Below are positions 38,940 to 51,500 of a stretch of DNA of 64,000 nt, piece by piece; within the stretch, counting starts at the first letter, position 1; every line of letters starts with the position of its first letter. The notes beneath the pieces were generated by a model. The model searched no databases, was not told where the DNA came from, and saw only the letters and a program-made list of their open reading frames with translations. The DNA is from Macrostomum hystrix. Lineage: Eukaryota; Animalia; Platyhelminthes. The stretch is taken from assembly GCA_950097015.1 (NCBI GenBank), contig CATNEN010000003.1, positions 3,410,001-3,474,000 on the forward strand, read 5' to 3'. Position numbers and translations under genes: made by a program.

Positions 38940-39440
38940 TTTTCTCCCTTGTGTCTTTCCCCATTTTTCTTCCTCGCTGCCTTATTCCCTCCCTGTCCTC
39001 TCCCTCCTGACTTTTCCCTCCTCCCTGTGTTTCTCCCTTTCTCTGTCTTTCTCAATCCTGTCTTCTCCCCTCACTGCCTTCTCCCTCCCTGCCTTCTCCC
39101 CTCCCTGCCTTCTCTCCTCCCTGCCTTCTCTCCTCCCTGTCTTCTCCCCTCCCTGCCTTCTCCCCTCCCTGCCTTCTCTCCTCCCTGTCTTCTCCCCTCT
39201 CTCTCTTCTCCCCTCTCTGCCTTCCCTCTCCCTGCCTTCTCTCCTCCCTGTCTTCTCCCCTCTCTCTCTTCTCCCCTCTCTGCCTTCCCTCTCCCCTCCC
39301 TGTCTGCTCCCTCTCTGTCTGCTCCCCTCTCTGTCTGCTCCCCTCTCTGTCTGCTCCCCTCTCTGTCTGCTCCCCTCTCTGTCTCCCCCTCGTGCATTTC
39401 TCCCCCCTGTCTTCTCCCTCTACTGTCCTTTTCCCGAATG
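38940..39440. repeat. CT-rich degenerate tandem repeats just upstream of the first identified gene C acceptor
   Basis: CCCTGCCTTCTCTCCT and CTCTCTGTCTGCTCCC units. Confidence 0.85.
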
Positions 39441-39502
39441 TCTTCCCCAACACTTATAAATAAATAAATCCTGTACTTATCCCGCTTGCCCGCCACCGCC
39501 AG

Positions 39503-42500
39503 GCACTGCCACCTCCGTGAAGCCGAAAGGACCGCACGAACCTTACGACGCCCGACCGCCAGTGTACTCAAGCTTCCACGCTGAGCACTGCGCCGAGTCT
39601 TTGGTCGCCGTTCTACGCTCCAATCCGGATCGATTTACGGAATTCTGTGAACGACTACGCGGCAGACGACTGCCTCAGGCGATGCGACAGTTTGTGTGGC
39701 GCGAGGGAATGTTTAAAGCAGAGAGAAAGCGAAGCGGCCAGTGGTGCGTGTTCTGGGGTATTTGGTGTAGGTGTTCTAGGGTATTTGGTGTGGCTGTTCT
39801 AGGGTATTTGGTGCGGCTGTTCTAGGGTATTTGGTGTGGCTGTTCTAGGGTATTTGGTGTGGCTGTTCTAGGGTATTTGGTGCGGCTGTTCTAGGGTATT
39901 TGGTGTGGCTGTTCTAGGGTATTTGGTGTGGCTGTTCTAGGGTATTTGGTGTGGCTGTTCTAGGGTATTTCGGGTAGGTGTTCAGTCATTTCTGTGGCGC
40001 GTGTTGTTGGTTTTAAAAAATGTTTTTCATAATTTTGGTTTGTTCTATTGTTAGTTTTGTTTAAAACAAGTGTGGGGGTTTCCATAAAAATGTGTGTCTT
40101 GTATTTTTAATTAATTAACCAGTGCTGAAAGACACTGAATGTTACTTAAGTGTATTATTTATTAAAAAAAAGCTTTTCAAGCAATTGATATACAATAGAA
40201 AAGGTTTAATTTTTTGCGAACGAGCAGCTTTGCAAAAGTGCAATAGATAATTTCCCATTGCTTTATTTCCTGCCTTTTTTGGGAATGAATTCCCAGTCAT
40301 TCATCATGGCTGCTAATTGACCAGCGTGCAATAAAAAAATTCATTTGCTTTCAAATCTGATTGATGGGATTTCTACATTTAGCTCTCTGTTTCCTGGAAA
40401 GAAATCTAATTTTAAATTGGCGCCACATTCCCCCCTAATTTCCAGGAATGTTGAGCGCTTCTTTCGCGAACGCTTCGGCAAAACTGTGGCCAGAGGCGTC
40501 GGCGAATTGAAAATCAAACGAGCCACGCAGTCGCCGATCAACAATCTGCTTGAGAATGCCGTCATTGAGGTTGGCTGCCGTGCAACTAGATTGGACTGTT
40601 ATAGGGCCCGATGAGTGATGGAGCTCTGCTTTGATAGGAACCGGTCACGGAGATTGGGATTTTTTATTAACTAAATATTTCACTCTTCTTAAATCGACAT
40701 TGCACACTTTTTCTGACGTCTTTCAAGCAAAACTGCATTCCTGTTCCTTACTGAGGTTACTGAGTCTCTCTCCTTGAGTCTCTCTCCTTGAGTCTCTCTC
40801 CTTGAGTCTCTCTCCTTGAGTCTCTCTCCTTGAGTCTCTCTCCTTGAGTATCTCTCCTTGAGTCTCTCTCCTTGGGTCTCTCTCCTTGAGTCTCTCTCCT
40901 TGAGTCTCTCTCCTTGAGTCTCTCTCCTTGAGTCTCTCTCCTTGAGTCTGTCCCTGAATCTCTCCCTGAATCTCTCCCTGAATCTCTCCCTGAATCTCTC
41001 CCTGAATCTCTCCCTGAATCTCTCCCTGAATCTCTCCCTGAATCTCTCCGTGAGTATCTCTACCTGAATCTCTCCGTGAGTATCTCTACCTGAATCTCTC
41101 TCTGAGTATCTCTCCCTGAGTATCTGCACCTGAATCTCTCCCTGAATCTCTGTTTCTGAGTCTCTCTCCACAAATATTTTGAAAGTATTTCTCTTCACAA
41201 GAAGGTGACTAATCAATTATACAACTAAAGCTTAAAAAATGGCATATTATCTAGGTGAATATTAATTATTCATTACTAAAGATTCACATTATTTTACGGG
41301 ATTAAAGGCTTAGAACGCACAACAAAGTGGCACTTACCATCGCCCATAATCTCTGTCTCTATCTCCCTCCTTCTATCTGCCATCTTTGCATTCTTAGCTT
41401 TATTCTGCGTTATCAGCGCCCACCTGCTTGCAGCTGATTGTTGAACCCGAAATCTCAGGACTTCCCTGTCAGTACCTGATGCATTTCCTGCGAACACAAA
41501 CATATCCCCTCGAGTTTATATATCTATCTTTATCCCAAACTTATTCAAGTCTAAATCCCGGAGTTGGGGATCTGGGTCCAAATGGATGAGAATTGCGCAA
41601 TATTCTAACACATCCCATCGGGACTGATAAGCAAACATTTCTCTGGCATTAGGCAATGCATAACAGCAGTCTTATGTTTGGTTCTTAGTAAAGCCATACA
41701 AAAAAATTACGGGATTAAAGGCTTAGAACGAAGTGGGCCCTAAGATAGACGTCTGGTTAATAAATTTGTGTTCCTAGTTTTTAGTTTAGAATGTATAATG
41801 TATGAGACTGGGGTATCTAGTTTATGAGACTATGAATTTATGTGTTGGGGTGTCTATAGTTGATCAGTTGGGGTGTCTATAGTTGATCAGTTGGGGTGTC
41901 TATAATTGATCAGTTGGGGTGTCTATAGTTGATCAGTTGGGGTGTCTCTAGTTGATCAGTTGGGGTGTCTCTAGTTGATCAGTTGGGGTGTCTATAGTTG
42001 ATCAGTTGGGGTGTCTATAGTTGATCAGTTGGGGTGTCTCTAGTTGATCAGTTGGGGTGTCTATAGTTGATCAGTTGGGGTGTCTATAGTTGATCAGTTG
42101 GGGTGTCTCTAGTTGATCAGTTGGGTGTCTACAGTTAATCAGTTAATCAGTTGATCAGTTTGGGTGTCTATAGTTGATCAGTTGGGGTGTCTACAGTTAA
42201 TCACTTGATCAGTTGGGGTGTCTCTAGTTATAATTTGAGTTTAGACAGGTGCGTCTATCGTTATGAGGCTGAAAAGTGTGTCAAAGCAGTGGACAGCACG
42301 CGGACTCATCATTCATATTTTAATTGCAGACCTACGAGAAGACCAGCGCCACGAAGGAGCTGAACAATGCGCTATTCCTAACCGAGGCTGTCCGGGTCCT
42401 GAATGTACTTTACGTTTATGACCGCAGTTATGAGCCGTTTCTCATTCTTTGGCTTGTGCCGCTTCAGGTGGCCTTCAGGGACGAGGCCAGTGCTGCCGAC

Positions 42501-45500
42501 TTGGGTGAGCTTCGTTTGGTAGGAGTAGGTAGGGTAGACAGGGTAGACTGGGTAGGTAGGGTAGGTAGAGTAGACAGATGGTAGGGTAGACAGATTATCG
42601 AAGGTAGAGAAAGTTGATAGGGTAGACAAGGTTGACAAGGTAGAACATAGTTTGGGTAGACAGGGAAGGTAGTTTAGACAAGGTAGTCAGGGTAGACATG
42701 GCAGACATGGTAGACAAGGTAGATAGGATATACAAGGTAGAGAGGGTAGATAGGGTAGACAGGGTAGAGAGGGTAGATAGGGTAGACAGGGTAGAAAATG
42801 TAGGCAGGGTAGACAGTGTAGACAAGGTAGACAGTGTAGACAAGGTAGACAGGGTAGACAGGGTATACAGGGTAGACAAAGTAGATAGGGTAGATTGGGT
42901 AGACAGGGTATGCAGGGTAGGCAGGGTAGACAGGGTAAACATGGTAGACAAGGTAGACAGTGTAGACAAGGTAGACAGGGTAGACAGGGTAGACAGGGTA
43001 AACATGGTAGACAAGGTAGACAGGGTAGGCAGGGTAGGCAGGGTAGACAAGGTAGGCACTGCATGCTTGCTGTAGATGCAGATGAATTTCGCTAATATAA
43101 TTTGTGCTCAGAGCTTGGCTGGTGTAAGCTAGTTTCTTAGAAAGTTTTTTCTTTGTTTGTTTACGATCAGTTTTTAGATTATTTTATCGTACTAATTAGT
43201 AAAATATCAAAGCAGCAAATCTATTGTGCAATGTCATCAAGAACCAGTAGAGTCAGGGTCAAAGTGGCCTGCACAAAGCGGGCTCACACAATGAGACCTC
43301 AGCCCAATCATGGGCTGAGGTCTTTTAGTGGCACATTTTCTTGTCAAGTGGACTTTGTGTGTGTGTGTGTGTGTGGCTTGTCTCACACTCCTCACAGGTT
43401 TTAAGTGCAGGGCTCAGCAAACTAAAGGCTTAAACCTTTATATGTCAATCAAAAAAGTTAAGCATTGCTTGGCACTCATTATTAAGTCAGCTAGTGCTTG
43501 ACTCATACATAAAATACGTAAAAGACAGATTAAACAGTTCTGCGGGATATGAGATTGATGAGAAGTGAGACAAATTGAGATTAGATAGATTAGGGGTGAG
43601 ACAAATTGAGATGAGATACATTAGGGGTGAGACAAATTGAGATGAGATACATTAGGGGTGAGACAAATTGAGATGAGATAGATTAGGGGTGAGATAGATT
43701 AGGGGTGAGATAGATTAGGGGTGAGATAGATTAGGGGTGAGATAGATTAGGGGTGAGACAAATTGAGATGAGATAGATTAGGGGTGAGATAGATTAGGGG
43801 TGAGATAGATTAGGGGTGAGATAGATTAGGGGTGAGATAGATTAGGGGTGAGATAGATTAGGGGTGAGATAGATTAGGGGTGAGATAGATTAGGGGTGAG
43901 ATAGATTAGGGGTGAGATAGATTAGGGGTGAGATAGATTAGGGGTGAGATAGATTAGGGGTGAGATAGATTAGGGGTGAGATAGATTAGGGGTGAGATAG
44001 ATTAGGGGTGAGATAGATTAGGGGTGAGATAGATTAGGGGCGAGATAGATTAGGGGTGAGATAGATTATGGGCGAGATAGATTAGGGGTGAGATAGAGAA
44101 TAAGCTTACAAATAAATTACACATCTATAGGTTTGAGTAGACTGAAATACAGTAAAAAAGCGAAATCAATATTAACTCATATAGACTCGCGATGACTCAT
44201 AGAGAGGATTTCATATAATACATTCAGTAGCTCGAGGCAGTAGTCACGCAGAATGGCAAGCAGACTTGACAAGAGAAATGATATTTTGGGTGCGGCCTGT
44301 GTGACGCAATACAAAAAACCATAAGATAAAAACAACATGCTATAGTTTGTTATTTTTCAAAAGCATGCCCTTGTTTGTTTTTGCTCTAATAGGTTTCATG
44401 TGGACCAGTTCATTTTGTTAAGCTGTGTTTTAAAGAAAAACAAGGATTCTGTTTTACAGATTCTGTTTTACAGATTCTGTAATTAGATTCTGTTTTACAG
44501 ATTCTGTAATTAGATTCTGTTTTACAGATTCTGTAATTAGATTCAGTTTTACAGATTCAGTAATTATATTCTGTTTTACAGATTCTGTAATTAGATTCTG
44601 TTTTACAGATTCTGTAATTAGATTCAGTTTTACAGATTCTGTAATTAGATTCTGTTTTACAGATTCTGTAATTAGATTCTGTTTTACAGATTCTGTAATT
44701 AGATTCTGTTTTACAGATTCTGTAATTAGATTCTGTTTTACAGATTCTGTAATTAGATTCTGTTTTACAGATTCTGTAATTAGATTCAGTTTTATAGATT
44801 CTGTAATTAGATTCTGTTTTACAGATTCTGTAATTAGATTCTGTTTTATAGATTCTGTAATTAGATTCTGTTTTACAGATTCTGTAATTAGATTCTGTTT
44901 TACAGATTCTGTAATTAGATTCTGTTTTACAGATTCTGTAATTAGATTCTGTTTTACAGATTCTGTAATTAGATTCTGTTTTACAGATTCTTTCATTTCG
45001 ATTCTGTTTTACAGATTCTGTAATTAGATTCTGTTTTACAGATTCTGTAATTAGATTCTGTTTTACAGATTCTGTAATTAGATTCAGTTTTATAGATTCT
45101 GTAATTAGATTCTGTTTTACAGATTCTGTAATTAGATTCTGTTTTATAGATTCTGTAATTAGATTCTGTTTTACAGATTCTGTAATTAGATTCTGTTTTA
45201 CAGATTCTGTAATTAGATTCTGTTTTACAGATTCTGTAATTAGATTCTGTTTTACAGATTCTGTAATTAGATTCTGTTTTACAGATTCTGTAATTCGATT
45301 CTGTTTTACAGATTCTTTCATTTCGATTCAGTTTTACAGATTCTGTAATTAGATTCTGTTTTACAGATTCTGTAATCCGATTCTGCTTTTATGGATTCGT
45401 GTATTAACGGGCCATGTTAACAATCCTGCTCAGTATTATCATAGGATATGAAATGTGTTACGCGAGCAGACACACACACACACTGACATCTGAAACTCGA

Positions 45501-48500
45501 TTCTCATCCGATAATGAAGCAGGTTAGGAACAGAAGTAACAATAGCTATTAGACATATTCCATCGCTTGTACTCACTAGTATATCAACTTATCGATATCA
45601 GAAAGGCAAGCAAATGACTAAAAGGATCACTGAGATCAAAGCACAACAAGGTCGACCTCGCATTGATTATATATAATTACCTCGTACTTCGGTTCCAAGT
45701 TTTTTGTCAATGAATCAAAGTTAGAATATCATATTTGCTTTGTTACTTATCAGTTAGTTTGAACAAAAATAAACGAATGAACGCGACCTCAGGTCAACTG
45801 CGCGAGATAGGGCTTGTTTAAACAAAATCTCTAGCTTCGTTAGAAATAATTAGAGATTGAGGGAGAAAAACCTACTTTTTTAGAACCATCTTGAAATCAA
45901 ATTCTCTGATAAGGTGCACAGATACTGGGTTCGTGATTTTTCGTAGCCTTTTTTCTTCGAGCTAAGTTTAATGCGCTGCAGATTTTCAATTAGATTAAGA
46001 TTTTTTGCTAGTTGTCAGGATATTTCGCAAAAAATGTCCGAAAAAATTTCGATGATGGAAGTGATCGTTCTTTGAGATGGTTGAGCCGGTCGTTTTAAGG
46101 TGGTTGAGCCCGTTTTAAGGTGGTTGAGCCCGTTTTAAGGTGGTTGAGCCCGTTTTTAAGGAATTGAGCACGTTTTTAAGGTGGTTGAGCCCGTTTTAAG
46201 GTGGTTGAGCCCGTTTTTAAGGAATTGAGCACGTTTTTAAGGTGGTTGAGCCCGTTTTCAAGGTGGTTGAGCCCGTTTTTAAGGTGGTTGAGCCCGTTTT
46301 TAAGGAATTGAGCACGTTTTTAAGGTGATTGAGCCCGTTTTAAGGTGGTTGAGCCCGTTTTAAGGTGGTTGAGCCCGTTTTTAAGGAATTGAGCACGTTT
46401 TTAAGGTGGTTGAGCCCGTTTTTAAGGTGGTTGAGCCCGTTTTTAAGGAATTGAGCACGTTTTTAAGGTGGTTGAGCCCGTTTTAAGGTGGTTGAGCCCG
46501 TTTTAAGGTGGTTGAGCCCGTTTTAAGGTGGTTGAGCCCGTTTTTTAAGACGTTTGAGCCCGTTTTTAAGAAGGTTAAGCCCGTTTTTTAAGGTAGTTGA
46601 GCCCGTTTTTATAGGTGGTTGACTCCATCAATCGAAGGATGGTTGAGCTCATTGTTGAATGATGTTTGAATCATTCTGTATATCGATACACATCTAGGAG
46701 TACAAACTCACAACTGCCTTACTCATTCAGGCGAACAGGTGTACGAGTTGGCCATGCTGCTGAGTCTGCTGCACCGCGGCACGTACCCTGGTTGGCCTAC
46801 AGTGTTCGCCATAGCCGAACGCAGTCTGGAGCTGGTTAGGGAGGCCGACCCTGACTTTCACGCCCACCTAATCGACATAGCAACCAAGAATATAGACGCC
46901 AACCTGAAAGACTTCATGGTGCAGGTGATTCACGAAGAGTTCGAGAGAGCCCAGAGCCTGCTGAAGACTCACTCGGATAGTCCCAGGCAGCAGCGGATGT
47001 CCAAGAATGTGCTCGTCAACCCGGCCATCTTCCTGCGCAAATGGATCGGGGAGGTGAGCATTTTGAGAGCGTCACTAAAGGAGGGGTCATCAGTGGGGTC
47101 ATTGGGGGGAGGGGTCAAAAGTTGGGTCATTGGGGAACAGGTCAACAGTGGGGTCATTGGGGTGAGGGGTCAACAGTTTGGTCATTGGGGTGAGGGCCAA
47201 CAGTTGGGTCATTGGGGTGAGGGGTCAACAGTTGGGTCATTGGGGTGAGGGGCCAACAGTTGGGTCATTGGGGTGTCTCTCCTCTCTCCTCTCCTCTCTT
47301 GTCTCTCCTCTCTTCTCTCTCCTCTCTTCTCTCTCCTCTCTTCTCTCTCCTCTCTCCTCTCTCCTCTCTCCTCTCTTCTCTCTCCTCTCTCCTCTCTCCT
47401 CTCTCCTCTCTCCTCTCTTCTCTCTCCTCTCTCCTCTCTCCTCTCTCCTCTCTCCTCTCTTCTCTCTCCTCTCTCCTCTCTCCTCTCACCTCTCTCCTCT
47501 CTCCTCTCTTCTCTCTTCTCTCTCCTCTCTTGTCTCTCCTCTCTCCTCTCTCCTCTCTCCTCTCTCCTCTCTCCTCTCTCCTCTCTCCTCTCTCCTCTCT
47601 CCTCTCTTCTCTCTTCTCTCTCCTCTCTTGTCTCTCCTCTCTCCTCTCTCCTCTCTCCTCTCTCCTCTCTCCTCTCTTCTCTCTCCTCTCTCCTCTCTCC
47701 TCTCTCCTCTCTCCTCTCTTCTCTCTCCTCTCTCCTCTCTCCTCTCACCTCTCTCCTCTCTTCTCTCTTCTCTCTCCTCTCTTCTCTCTCCTCTCTCCTC
47801 TCTCCTCTCTCCTCTCTCCTCTCACCTCTCTCCTCTCACCTCTCTCCTCTCACCTCTCTCCTCTCTCCTCTCTCCTCTCTTCTCTCTTCTCTCTCCTCTC
47901 TTGTCTCTCCTCTCTCCTCTCTCCTCTCTCCTCTCTCCTCTCTCCTCTCTTCTCTCTCCTCTCTCCTCTCTCCTCTCTCCTCTCTCCTCTCTTCTCTCTC
48001 CTCTCTCCTCTCTCCTCTCACCTCTCTCCTCTCTCCTCTCTTCTCTCTCCTCTCTCCTCTCTTCTCTCTCCTCTCTCCTCTCTTCTCTCTCCTCTCTCCT
48101 CTTCTCACTCTTATTCATTTTTGTTGATTTTTAAAGGATCCTATCACTCGGTCTTTAGATCGCATAAGTTTTTCAGATAGTCACATAGTACATGGCACTG
48201 AATGCAGTACCAGAAATGAGATGCTTTGATTTCAGCATCTACCTCGATCTGATTAGCATTGAATGAGATTTCATGTGAGCCTACATAGCAGCTAACGCAA
48301 GCAGAATAAACCATTTCAAGACAATCTTCTCAGAGCTTTAACTCATCATCTGTGTTATTCTTCTTCCTGTCCCTACGTTGCTCGAAAGCGAGGCCTTAAT
48401 GTAGGGCAATGCTAATTAGCAGCAAAACGCACATCCTTTGTTCCTGTTTCTTTTTAACTTTCAAGTAAAACGCCATCCTCGCCTTTCCTCTTAGGGGCGG

Positions 48501-51500
48501 TGCTGGAATGGCTAGGCGTGTCAGATTTCGAAATAAACCTAATGTGGGATTGCGGCGAACCATTTCTGCGCTGTATTTTACCTTTAATACCCGGCGGAGA
48601 AGGAGAGGAGAAGGAAAGGGAGAAGGAGAGGGAGAGCGAGAGCGAGAGGGAGAGGGAGACAGAGTGGGAGAGGGAGACAGAGTGGGAGAGGGAGAGCGAG
48701 AAGGAGAAGGAGAAGGAGAGGGAGAGGGAGAGGGAGAGGGAGAAGGAGACTCAGACTAAGACTGCAGTTATTTCCGATGCTAGTTGAATCCTCACTACTC
48801 ACCCAATGATCCAAGGGTTTCGTGGGTGTGCTCAGTCTGCACGCGGCCATGTTCTACTGGGACCAGTGCTTCCTGACGGACTTCGCCTCGGCCACAATCG
48901 AGGACGCGGCTCTGGCGGCGCTGTTCCTACTCCGTGACCGGTTTATGTCGGCTAAGGACTACCCGGAGATGAAGGCCGTATTCCTGTCTGCGCCAAGAGA
49001 GATATACACTGCGGATTTCATCAGGGCCTGGTGCCACCTGCAGGATCGCGGCGATCCAACCCTGGTGCCTGGAATGAATCGGCGAAAGCTTGAGGAGCCG
49101 CAGCCACCGGACCCGGAGTTCGGTTCGCCGACCCCGGTGCCGGCCACTCCGCTGCAGCCGACGCCCCTGCCCGGACTGTCGATCGATCTGGTGAATGTGC
49201 GGCTGCAGCTGATGAAGGACGGGCCGAGACAGGTAGTTTTGAAATTGCACAGAAATATTAAGTTTACGGATTCGAACCCTCGACCCTCCGTGCAAAGCCG
49301 TTTCATATTAGAATTTTTAAATTTCAATTTTAACTTTTAACTACAAATTTCTAATTCATCTACTGATAGTAGAAATGCGAGTATTTTAACGGATAAATTA
49401 ATCATGGCAGCTAAAAACCTCTCACATCAGAAACTGCTAGCCAGCTCATTCTCCGAGGCGAATCTGTCGGTGCGAATTCACCGCCGCTACGGCTCAGTGC
49501 ACCTGGGCTCTCACCTGCTCGGCCAGCGTGGCCAACTGAAGCCAATCGAAGACAGAACAGAATTCCGAACCCTACAGTTAGGCTACAATGACCGCTGCGA
49601 TTATCCCGAGGTCGATATTGCCCAGTACGATTTGGAATCCCATCTGGGCACCGAGCCCTACTTTCTGGTGCAGCTGCTCTACGAGCCACCTGACTTAGAG
49701 CCAGGTGAGAAGGCTGCTGGGAAGATTTTACATATTCGTTGATAGATGCCATAGATTTGTGGATAAATTCGTAGATAGATTCGTAGATAGATTCGTATAT
49801 AGATTTCTAGATAGATCCGAAGATAGATCCAACGATAGATTCGTAGATAGATTCGTAAATAGATTCATTGATAGATATGTAGAGAGATGTGTAGATAGAT
49901 TCGTAAATAGATTCATTGATAGATATGTAGATAGATTCGTAGATAGATTTCTAGATAGATTTCTAGATAGATTTCTAGATAGATTCGTAGATAGATTCGT
50001 AGATAGATTCGTAGATAGATTCGTAGATAGATTCGTAGATAGATTCGTAGATAGATTCGTAGATAGATTTCTAGATAGATTTGTAGATAGATTTGTAGAT
50101 AGATTCGTAGATAGATTCGCTCAGATAGATTCGTAGATAGATTCGTAGATAGATTCGCTCAGATAGATTCGTAGATAGATTCGTAGATAGATTCGTAGAT
50201 AGATTCGTAGATAGATTTCTAAATAGATTTGTAGATAGATTTGTAGATAGATTCGTAGATAGATTCGCTCAGATAGATTCGTAGATAGATTCGTAGATAG
50301 ATTCGCTCAGATAGATTCGTAGATAGATTCGTAGATAGATTCGTAGATAGATGCGTAGATAGATTCGTAGATAGATTTCTAGATAGATTTCTAGATAGAT
50401 TTGTAGATAGATTTGTAGATAGATTCGCTCAGATAGATTCGTAGATAGATTCGTAGATAGATTCGCTCAGATAGATTCGTAGATAGATTCGTAGATAGAT
50501 TCGTAGATAGATTCGCTCAGATAGATTCGCTCAGATAGATTCGTAGAGAGACTCTTAGATAGACTCTTAGATAGATTCGTAGATAGGCATGAGGGTCGGT
50601 GGCAGAGCGGTTAACGCGTTTGCCTCTCGCACCAAGGTCCCTGAGCTCGATTCCGCGGCGAGGCCACATTCATTTGGGGCCCAGCGTGGATAGAAGACTT
50701 GGGGGCTTGTCGTGCAATTTACACTTCCAAGGCACAGTGAGAGTGTACACTGCCTGACGATGAGAAAGTCAGGGCAGATGTACACACCTGTGTGAGCGTG
50801 TGTCTGCGTACAGTATCTGTGTGCGTGTGTGTCGCTAAATGATGTGCCATTGCCCGCAGCCCTCCTGCAATTATAATAATTATATAATTCGTAGATAGAT
50901 TCGTTCGTCGTTATTCAGTTACAATAAATTTACTCACTGAATGGACACTCAATACCGTCCGGCCCTACCAGTGATTCTCGGCTGGTCCAGACTGACTCCC
51001 TACGAGCGTCTGAACACTGGCCAGTTCGCACCTGTGAAGCGATTCCGCCTGACCTGCCCAATTTATCCGGGCCACCTGCCTGACGACCCACTGGGATGGC
51101 AGCCCGGAGACTTGCCCGACTTCGACGGTGAGGCTTTTGGAGAGTAGGGATGAGAAGGTAGACTGAGGGGATTAGAAGGTAGACTGAGGGATGAGAAGGT
51201 AGACTGAGGGGATTAGAAGGTAGACTGAGGGATGAGAAGGTAGACTGAGGGATGAGAAGGTAGACTGAGGGGATGAGAAGGTAGACTGAGGGATGAGAAG
51301 GTAGATTGAGGGATGAGAAGGTAGACTGAGGGATGAAAAGGTAGACTGAGGGATGAGAAGGTAGACTGAGGGGATGAGAAGGTAGACTGAGGGGATGAGA
51401 AGGTAGACTGAGGTATGAGAAGGTAGACTGAGGGGATGAGAAGGTAGACTGAGGGATGAGAAGGTAGACTGAGGGATGAGAAGGTAGACTGAGGGGATGA

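Noticed and set aside
43408-43424. hAT-like end CAGGGCTCAGCAAACT before the TTAGGG-containing array
   Set aside because: No matching opposite TIR or TSD found
50743-50786. Hammerhead ribozyme or SECIS in the SINE hairpin (CTGACGA-TGA-GAAA-GTC)
   Set aside because: No room for hammerhead helix II or III, and spacing is too short for a SECIS; a simple hairpin explains it
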